This document shows positions 8,619 through 17,491 of a DNA stretch of 20,000 nucleotides, one piece after another. A program made the translations under genes and the position numbers. This DNA is from Halocafeteria seosinensis (taxonomy: Eukaryota), in the NCBI GenBank assembly GCA_001687465.1, contig LVLI01000067.1:45913-65912 (forward strand). Reading direction: 5' to 3'. The notes beneath the pieces were generated by a model. That model did no database searches. It was not told where the DNA came from and saw only the letters and a list, made by a program, of their open reading frames with translations. Position 1 is the stretch's first letter; each line of letters opens with the position of its first letter.

Positions 8619-11600
8619 TTATGTTTCCGCCAGTCTCACCGAGATGGGAATATTCAATGCGAGAGCGAGAGTCAAATACAGTAGTGTCGCACTGAGCTTG
8701 GTCAAGTCTTCCGCGGCGTTGTTCCACAACTCAGGAATAGTTGGGAGTTGTGCGGGTTCTTCCACCTGCTGAGTCACGGGTATAGAGGCACGTCGTCCGA
8801 TAGACGCTCGGCTGAGCAAGTAGGGGCCCGCAGCTTCCTGTATCACTGGATCGTACACGCACTCTTGAACCTCCGACTGCTGTGAATGCGGGATGGAGGT
8901 AAGGAAGTTTTGCAGGTCATGCAAGTCCATCAATGCAGCCATACGGCAAAGCGCTTCTAGGAAATCCGGATATGAAGCACAGCATTGCAACGGATCAATA
9001 TAATCCTCTGACCGTGCTATTAAAGCAAAACGAAATGACATATACACCGCGTCAATGCCGTGAGACGTGCGTACCCTTGCAACCAAGTCATTATGCTTGA
9101 ATGTGTCGACCCACTGAAGAATATTTATGCTTTCTTCCCCATCAACGCCGCTAGTGTCCCCGCCACTCACTGGGATTGCTTTAACAACCGCAAATATATT
9201 TTGTAGCATTGGAGCCAGCTTGACAAAGATATACCCTACTGGAGTGGTATATAAGCATTTTGTTCGGAAGAGGTCGCTCCATGGTGAGAACATGTTATTT
9301 GTTCCAAAGAGCACCTGTGCAGAGCAAGCGACGAACGTTTCGAAGAAATCATCAAAGCATTGGGAAATGGCATCATCATCTTCACGGTTGACATGATTCA
9401 GTGTGAGAGCTATTCGGCAGAGCACTTCCAGGAAATTGCGACGAGCAAGTAACGCCTTTTTCCGAGAAGCCTGGGAAACAGAAAGGATTCATAATAGAGC
9501 CTACCAAAGAATTCAATTGTCTCACCTACCTCTTTGCTATTTCTCTTTGAGGCAATAAATGCCATATCAAGATCCGAAGAGCTCTGTAAGTTGTCAGTGA
9601 TCCCTGAATATTTGCAAAAGCTCGAGTATTGCGCGAACGACATGCCACACGGATTAAATCCCCCATTGTTCGCAAGAGTTGAGAGACAACAGTAGTAACA
9701 AAAAATTGCTTGAAATGAACAATAGTGTCGTTCAAGAACAGCTTTCGTCTGCTCCGGCAGGTTTGTCAGACTGAGTACGTCATAACCGCAATTGGAAAGA
9801 TCTTCCTCGAGTAATCGTGGCACCATCGCCGCAGTTTCTAGTCCTGAACCGGACGGAGAGATTCTTGTGCGAGTTTTCCATAGTTTGCTTAGGTCAGAAT
9901 ACACATCGAAGAACTCTCCATCCCACATGTTCCCTGAATCTGAGGCTCTCTTAGGATAGATGAACCGCCCTTGCGGGGCTTCCTCTAGCAGTAACACGCA
10001 CCGTAACTGACGCTTTGGTATAATGCCTTTCAGTAGATACAACATTGATTGAATGTCTTCCTCGTAGGTTGTTCGGGTTTCTTGACTCATAGAGAAGCGG
10101 TCGTATTTCTTAAGGCACTCGCTCAAATCGAGATACAATACGCTTTTGTTGTATTCAAGGGCTGAAACAATAGTCCTCACAGCCTTGAGATTGAGATGAT
10201 TTCTTGCAAAGCTAACTTTTGTCAGTCTGCGCGAAGACATAATCATTGTAGCGACCGAGGAGGCGGAGGTCGCTGTCAACTCATTCGATGAGGCGTCAAC
10301 CATGCTCAGTGAGGCGCTCCGGGGTGCCAGTTGCATGGATGCGCTAAAAAAGTTCAGCGCAACGTCGCTTATTGAGCAGTTTTCCATATAAAGCGTATGA
10401 AGAATCGACTGTTCGTTCGAAGAAGGCGTGTGTTCATTCAGCATTTTCCGCAGAAAGTTGGCAATAGCAGTTCTTTCATCATTGAGGTTTCGGCGACGCC
10501 TTTTCTTTATCCGCAAGTAAAACCCTTGAGTTTCTTCGAGCCGTTGATTGGTTACGGGTACTCCCAAGATTCTAAGACTGATACAGCATAGACCAAAAGC
10601 AAACTTGTTTCCTGATACCTTCAATTTTTTCAAGTTCGGTAGTCCAGCGATGGACCCGATCAGAGGCATTGGCCAGTCATTCGTTTGTCGTTGCACTTCC
10701 AGCTGAAGATTACAGTAAGATAGATCAAGTTCTTCAAGAGCTGTACAGTTCGTTAGATTAAGGGGTAGGCGATTAAGAGCTTGCAGGGGTAGATCGGCTT
10801 TCCTAAGTGAAGAACCTGGAGAAAAGAGCTTGGGGCAGTCACTCAAGTCCAATTCCTTAAGGGAGGCCTGGCAATTCTTCGAAGCGAGTAATATCCTACT
10901 CAAACCGTAGAGCGTCTCAGTTGCTACCGAATGGTTTCCGCTTAAATCAACCTTTTCCACACAGTTTCCGGCCTCATTTGCAGAATTCAGTTGTTCCCAT
11001 TTGGCTTCACGAAGTACATCTACCCCTCCCAGCCCTCCTAACATCGCCTCGCCCCCCGTATCGGAATTCAGTGCACCATGCAAAACAAGCTCCTGCATGC
11101 TTTTCATTTTCGATAGCGCAGAGCCAAGTGCTTGGTACTGCTGTACCGGAAGTCCCGAGTGAGCAACGTAGATGCTACCACTACGTAGCATGCTAATACA
11201 GTTTTGTGATATACTGATTCCCAGCTGCTTGCAATTTGTTAAGTATGCTAGTATAGCGTTTTCCGTCTCAGCATCGGTATTCTCCTTTTCATAGGTTAGT
11301 GGTTCACGATGTCCCGTTGTTTCCTTTGAGGACGATACTTTTTGCGGTGGTTTCCGTGCTGATAGGAAGGCTTGACGGTTTTGCAAGAGGTCTCGAGAGC
11401 TTTCGTAAAGTTCGTGTGCATCTGGATGGGGTTTGGGCTTCACTTGTTCAAAATCAAGCCTATAATCAAAATCTGCAGAATTTAAGTGGGGATACTTCTC
11501 CCGAGGAGACAACGGCTTCCTCACGGATTCAGAGTGCGAGGTCTCTCGGTCCAACGTACTCTCCGACATGGGGGAGGGGCTATAACTTGCGGACGGTAGA

Positions 11601-11983
11601 TGTTGTGATCCTGGGGAGTTTTCCAATCGACCGCTGGTAAAATCAGGGCTCCTGGGAGGTCGTCGGCGAACATCTTGTTGAAAAGTCTGCTGCAGCTTTA
11701 ATCGCGCGCTTCCTTCCCAGAATCCCTCTTCCTCCTCTCCTTCTGCCACGCCAAATTGAGTACACGAGAACCAATAATAGTGACTAGTTTCGAGAAAGCA
11801 AATCGTATGCGTACCTTTCAAAAATTCATCCGTCGGACTGGGAGAAGGCGCTGGTATTCGTCCCAACGGCGAGACTGCTCGTCGCGCGCCCGTCGCTACA
11901 TTGGCTCCAGCGGTACTTAATGCTGTCGAAGTGTGTGTTTTCTCTGTTCTCACAGACGGGATCTCAGAGCGTGTACGTCTCAT
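8619..11983 (-). CDS. Large RNI-like leucine-rich-repeat protein with a duplicated helical (p25-alpha/EF-hand-like) C-terminal region; 3 exons, about 1077 aa
   Basis: Exons 11983-11815, 11742-9530, 9470-8619 (introns 72 and 59 nt; 3234 nt in frame). LRR units: VEKVDLSGN, LKELDLSDC, LEELDLSYCNL, LKKLKVSGNKF, LHTLYMENCSI, LSMVDASSNEL, LTKVSFARNHL, VLYLDLSEC. Ser/Pro-rich N-terminus. The start was taken as the first ATG; the ORF track opens at TTG 12052. Confidence 0.8.
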
Positions 11984-12769
11984 AGTGGGAGAGGTTAGAG
12001 CGCCAAAATCGCCAGGAACGATCAATCCGGGCTTGTATAAACGATAGGACAACTTGATGTCGAGACCCGTCGCACTACCTTCACAGGCTACTGAAGGCTG
12101 TAATTTTGTTGATGCGTTAGCACATTAGCAGTGTGCATTAGTATTGCTCCTACCCGGAAGACGTCTAGTTTACATACTACGCTAGGCCGTGTGTATAGTA
12201 CCGCGCATGCCACATGTGACATGGTGCCACGTTAGGACAGCTTCCATCAGGAAGACGCTTGTGTACTCGTCTTAGACTGTCTACGTTAGACAGTACTACG
12301 CTCATATCATCGATAGATAGAGTCTGACACACAGAGATGCGTTCGAGTAACCAGCAATGAACGAAGTCCCAATCCCGGATCATCAGTCTTAGGAAGTCTA
12401 AATACAACTTGTACTGGTTACCGGTAGGCAGTGATCATCTGGCAGGACACGCACACACTGCTGCAATGTGCTCAGCACGTATACAAGAACCCACTTCTCA
12501 CCAAATACATACTTTCGACATGGCACTCCACTATTGCTAAATTCCCAGGGTCGCTACTGTTGTATCAAGTTACAACCTCGTCCGTGGCCCATGGGACTCT
12601 CCTTCACATCCTTCCATAGACGGCGAAGGACCTCGGAAGGTTTGAAATATTACACGCCCTCAATACTTTCCCCACATTGTGATGTCAACATCCCAATTCC
12701 GTTTTTGAGTCCTTGTTTCCTGTGTCAACGCCGACTGTCTGGTTGCATTCGTATTAACATCCGAAGACG

Positions 12770-14416
12770 ATGAGCCATCGTCAACAGAATCTCGTTAGTG
12801 AATGTGTACGGAACGCACGGCGTGCAGCACGTTCCTCACGGTTTTTATGGAGGTCCTACTTGTACGCCAAAAAGGAGTACCTGAGTGGCTTTCCTTCGTC
12901 ATCGAATACAGCAGCTGCGGCAGCAGCAGCAAGTGGGCATAGACCAAAACATCATGAGAGTGATCCTCGACACACCAGTGGCTCCTCTGGCACGAGGGCG
13001 AAGAAGTCTAAAGAAGGCCAGAGTATGTCATGGGAGGAAACGACAGTACCGCCGATACCTGTGGACGTCTTATCCTCTGCAACAACGTACGACTCCTTAT
13101 TTCGGGCGAGCTCGGCTGGAGCCTTGGACGATCTCCAGGAACTTCAGCAAGAAATCAAGCGAATCTGTACCCCAGTCGTACATTCTATAAATAAGATTAG
13201 TTTGAAAGACGGTACGGTGCTTGGAACATATATTGAAAATATAGCGCGTGCAGAGCAATGCTAATTATCGTTGTGGTTAATCCTGTGTGTGTGTGCAGTG
13301 GGCGTTACAGAGCAATGGCTACGGCAAAAATATAGTTCATTGAAGAGTTCTGGGAACCTGTCGTGGATGGTTCCACAGAAAGGATCAAGTCCTGGAGCGT
13401 CGGCACCGGATAAACCTCATGCATCTGGGTCGGGGTCTCAACAATCTGTTAGCAGCAGGGCGGACGGGGATGCCATTATCGAAGAAGCAACTAGCGGGGA
13501 ACTTGAAGATATTGACAACCTCGAGAGGTACATTGAAAATCACGTCCCCACGCTAACTCGTCGACACAGAAATACTCAGCATATTGGTTATATCCCTATT
13601 CTTGAGGAATATCCTCGGCCAAGTCTTGTGGCGGATTCCGATAGCGACACCTCGGAATCTGAAGGAAACAGTCCTCGCGGTGATCCTGTGACAATGGGGA
13701 TATTTATCTTGCCCCCGGGGACTTCTCTTCCTTTGCATGACCACCCGGGAATGTGTGTCGTATCCAAAGTGTAAGTTTACTTAATGCTGCGAAACCGTTG
13801 TCTGAAAGGACTAGGGTGTTGCTGAATGAAAACATACAGACTCTATGGATCCCTTCACTTAAGAACATATGATCTATGCACTCACCAAGGTCAAATGTTT
13901 CCTCATTTGCGGAGTCCAAGCCTAGGTGACGTTATGCCAGCAAAACCAGGGGAACCCCTGAATGTCGCGGCTGAAAAACAGCACGGCGGTAGTGAAGACG
14001 CACAATCGAAGAGTTCCGATAGCACCGCGGAGGAGGAAGATGATCATATCGCCACAGTAGATGAAGAGGAGGAGCACGTGGACACGTACAGATTTGCGAA
14101 GTTTAAAAACGGCTATATAGTTCCCCAGGGATCATCAGTATGCCTTACCCCCTTGCGAGGGAATATCCATTCATTGAGGAATTATCAGCATTCGAATCTT
14201 GCACTCTCTGGAGCCGTTGCTTCGAACGAGCCCTGTGTTGTACTAGATGTATTATTCCCTCCCTACGACTTTCAAAGACACCGCGCGTGCACTTACTATG
14301 ACGAGTTTCAGTCCACTTCTACCCACGATGTGACGTTCCTGAAGGCCATACCAACTCCTTCAGATCTAGATATGGACGAGTTTGAATACAAGGGCCCATC
14401 ACCACATGAGACTTGA
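12770..14416 (+). CDS. ADO: Cysteamine (2-aminoethanethiol) dioxygenase / plant cysteine oxidase family thiol dioxygenase; 3 exons, about 496 aa
   Basis: Exons 12770-13211, 13299-13770, 13840-14416 (introns 87, 69 nt; 1491 nt in frame). Spliced cupin motif MGIFILPPGTSLPLHDHPGMCVVSKVLYGSLHLRTYD, GNIHSL (third iron-binding His), LDVLFPPYD, RACTYY and C-terminal YKGP are all PCO_ADO family hallmarks. Confidence 0.92.
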
Positions 14417-14787
14417 ATGAAATTATGCGTACTTGTGAAAGGATCAGAACGTGATTGTCAGTGGTTTGTCACGTGCAGTTCTATCTCACGTGGAACTGTT
14501 GGTACTGCTATATTTCAGTCATGGTAAAAAGAAGTAGTAGTAGTCGGAAACGAGACGTGAGCGGTAGAGATATGACGAAAAAGCAAACAGAATAAACTCT
14601 GGGAAATGGTCCTTGATCCAAATGCACAATTTCAATCATCTTAAAATTCCAAGTTGCAACCCCCTAATTTGAATTCCAGAGTGCATTTCCAGTGGTTACT
14701 GGGGGTCAGGTGTTGTTATGGAGTAACTATCACGACTTAGAATCACTGTTATTGTGAAAAGAGAAAGAGACAGGGTCACAAATAATC

Positions 14788-17475
14788 ATGGACGAATTAG
14801 AGCGTCGCTTGGCGCGTGACATTAATTGTCTTAAAGACCAGGACCGAACCAAACGCAAGAGTGGGTTGAAGGCTTTATTCCAGCTTCTGGAGGACCACGA
14901 CGCCGATACACAGGCAGTAGGGCAATTATTCTGTCAAACACAGGTGGGGACGCTTCTCATACAACTTCTGACGGACTCTGTGGAACGCATAAGGGAATCT
15001 ACCATTGATGTCCTGGAGGGCTTTTTGGGCCTCTCCTCGGTTCGAGAGAATTTGGCTGATTTTAGCAAGCCCTTACTACACGCTATAAAGACACAGATTG
15101 GCGAGAAACCCTTTAATGAACCCGCGGAAGAGCTGCGCCTTCGATATGCGCAGCTACTACATAAGATCATACGAGAACCAGCGTGCTCTGAGGAGATAAG
15201 GGGGGATTCATTCGACGATATTGTGCATATCATTGAGAATGCCAGTCAAGACTCATTCCCCCAAACGAAGCAAGAATGCGCGCGTCTAGTGGAATCATTG
15301 GTTCGATGTCACCCAGAAAGGATACACGGAAGTGTCTCGTCGCTGTTGAACCCACAACTGGGCAATTTTGTGCACCAACGCGCGGCTGTACGTCTGGCGG
15401 CATTAAAGGCGGTATCGCTGGTATTGACGTATTGCAAAGAGGCGGGCGCCGATGCTCTGAAAGAGCAAGTAGTTCCAAAGCTTACTATGCTTTTGTTTGA
15501 TAGATCGCCAAGTGTGCGCAAAGAGTTGGCTGGAGCTGTTCTGCAATTACTTGCGTATGCTCCTCACAATATCATAGAAGACTCTTGTGCTTCGCTTGAG
15601 TATATCTGCTTGTCTCTGCATGCCGATGATACGGACGATGTATCTCAAGTTTGCTATGAAAAGTTCAAAGAACTTGCACCAAAAATACATGAGAATCTGA
15701 CATCTTCAGTAACTCGTGAGGAGGAAGACCTTACGTTGGATGAACGCGTGGCTGCTGAAGCTGCCTCAGGGGATGCAACCGACGATACAAAGATGGCGGT
15801 GAATAACGAAACAGGCAATGACGAGGGGACAGAAGCAGATGTAGAACTTCCACAGCCATTTGCGGAGCGGCCTGTCCTTTCTGCCAGAAAAGCAATCGTG
15901 CATCACCTCGGAGATCTGGTTGACCTGTGCACACAAGGATTGACTGAATGGACCGCTCCGTTACGAAAAGCAGCTGCCTGTGCACTGCGTTCCCTTCTAG
16001 TTTACGCCGAGGATAATATAACCGCTTACGTAGACAAGGTAATTTCATCTCTTTGCCGCGCGGTGCAAGACGAAGAGGTATCTATTCGCGACCTCGTTCA
16101 CGACTGTAATGCTCTTGTAGGGGCTTATGTGCCTTCTTCTGGACAGCTTGGCGTACTGCTACCGCTAATTCGTGGAGAGTTATCAGGGCTGACAGAACCT
16201 GCTCACAAATATCAAGGGGTAATTGTAATGTGCGATACGATAAGCGGAATGAACTTCCAGCAAGTGGAGCCACACCTCATGGAAATATCAAGAGCACTAT
16301 CGGAGCCAGAGCTCGTTAACTCAGAAATTACGGAGATGCCAGAAGCGCTGTATTATTCCATTGAAGCCCTCATAGACGTTGGACAGAAGTCTATTTGCGA
16401 ATACGAGTGCCGCAGCTTTATTTCCAGGGCTTTGGTAAACTTGCATAGAGAAGACGTTACACAGTCTCTGCATGCGAAGTCACAAACCTTACTTCGGCAG
16501 TTGACCGAGTGGTCGGAATGTTCTTGTATAGCCAACATGCTGAGTAAAGACTTGAAACCGTTCCTGCAGCAAGAACTTAATCGAGTAGATGAATGGACAA
16601 AAGGAGATGGTGGACGACTCTTTTTGGATGCTGTTGTCCGCCACTATCCACCAGCCGTTGAGTCTTTTTGTGCTGAACTAGCCCAAGTGTTCGAAATGTG
16701 TGCAGACAGGAAAAGGGACCGAGAACTCAGACTCGCAATGATGGGTTTACTTGACGTTTTTCTTAAGACATGTGACATTTCTCAAAGAATTCCGGAGGGA
16801 GTTCCGGCGCTTACGCAAGGTTCCATTCAAGAACTGCATAGAGCGCTTAGCACGTGCATTCCTACGATTCTACGCAACACAATTAAGCCAAATCTAGTCT
16901 GGAGACCTGGTGGCGTCGCGTCAGCGATGAGGAAAATCACATCCTCATGCCTTTTGTCAGGATTGCAAACTGACTTGGTTTCCACACCTGTCATTCAAGA
17001 TTGTTGGAACGATCTCCAGCAACAATTGCTTTCCGTGCTCGCCGATGATGATGTTACCACGCGGCAAATAGTGTGTATGGTCCTTCAATTGATGTTCGAA
17101 AAGGGAGGTAACTCATTGTTGAATATGGAAACAACAAGAAGCGTCTATCCCGAGCTCATTAAACGCCTCGATGATTCCAACGACCATGTGCGTCAGTTGA
17201 TCTGTCCCACGCTGAAGTCATTTCTCTACGCCGCAACAGCAGAGAATCTTCAAGGTGGGCCAATTGATCATACCGTGGAGACCTTGCTTATTCACATGGA
17301 TGATCCAGATAGGACGATGCAAGAGAGTTGCTTCGACGCCCTCTGTGAATACGCAAAAATGGATGTGCCGTACACGTACAAAAAAGCCAAAGAAGCTCGT
17401 CAGAAGCATCGCTCCCCTGTGTTTTGCGATCGGTTGCTTCAATTTTGCGAGAACCTGCAGAGTCAAACGGCTTGA
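14788..17475 (+). CDS. DNAAF5: Dynein axonemal assembly factor 5 (HEAT-repeat protein HEATR2), 895 aa, intronless
   Basis: Single uninterrupted ORF of HEAT repeats with family-typical segments RDINCL.D.DR..RK, EPAEELRL, DSFP..KQEC, HQRAAVR, LFDRSPSVR, LPQPFAERP, LTEWT, PNLVWRPG, VYPELIKRLDDSND.VR, LLIHMDDPD, KHRS...CD.LL. Confidence 0.88.
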   Translation: MDELERRLARDINCLKDQDRTKRKSGLKALFQLLEDHDADTQAVGQLFCQTQVGTLLIQLLTDSVERIRESTIDVLEGFLGLSSVRENLADFSKPLLHAIKTQIGEKPFNEPAEELRLRYAQLLHKIIREPACSEEIRGDSFDDIVHIIENASQDSFPQTKQECARLVESLVRCHPERIHGSVSSLLNPQLGNFVHQRAAVRLAALKAVSLVLTYCKEAGADALKEQVVPKLTMLLFDRSPSVRKELAGAVLQLLAYAPHNIIEDSCASLEYICLSLHADDTDDVSQVCYEKFKELAPKIHENLTSSVTREEEDLTLDERVAAEAASGDATDDTKMAVNNETGNDEGTEADVELPQPFAERPVLSARKAIVHHLGDLVDLCTQGLTEWTAPLRKAAACALRSLLVYAEDNITAYVDKVISSLCRAVQDEEVSIRDLVHDCNALVGAYVPSSGQLGVLLPLIRGELSGLTEPAHKYQGVIVMCDTISGMNFQQVEPHLMEISRALSEPELVNSEITEMPEALYYSIEALIDVGQKSICEYECRSFISRALVNLHREDVTQSLHAKSQTLLRQLTEWSECSCIANMLSKDLKPFLQQELNRVDEWTKGDGGRLFLDAVVRHYPPAVESFCAELAQVFEMCADRKRDRELRLAMMGLLDVFLKTCDISQRIPEGVPALTQGSIQELHRALSTCIPTILRNTIKPNLVWRPGGVASAMRKITSSCLLSGLQTDLVSTPVIQDCWNDLQQQLLSVLADDDVTTRQIVCMVLQLMFEKGGNSLLNMETTRSVYPELIKRLDDSNDHVRQLICPTLKSFLYAATAENLQGGPIDHTVETLLIHMDDPDRTMQESCFDALCEYAKMDVPYTYKKAKEARQKHRSPVFCDRLLQFCENLQSQTA

Positions 17476-17491
17476 ATGAAGCTGCTACAAG

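Noticed and set aside
9008..9074. Possible extra intron in the LRR gene (GTACGC donor at 9074)
   Set aside because: The nearest TAG and CAG acceptors break the frame, while read-through stays open and fits the second helical repeat, so I left it as coding.
14712..14727. X-box-like GTTGTTATGGAGTAAC upstream of the ciliary gene DNAAF5
   Set aside because: Spacing and left half-site fit the RFX consensus poorly, and RFX factors are not expected in most protist lineages.
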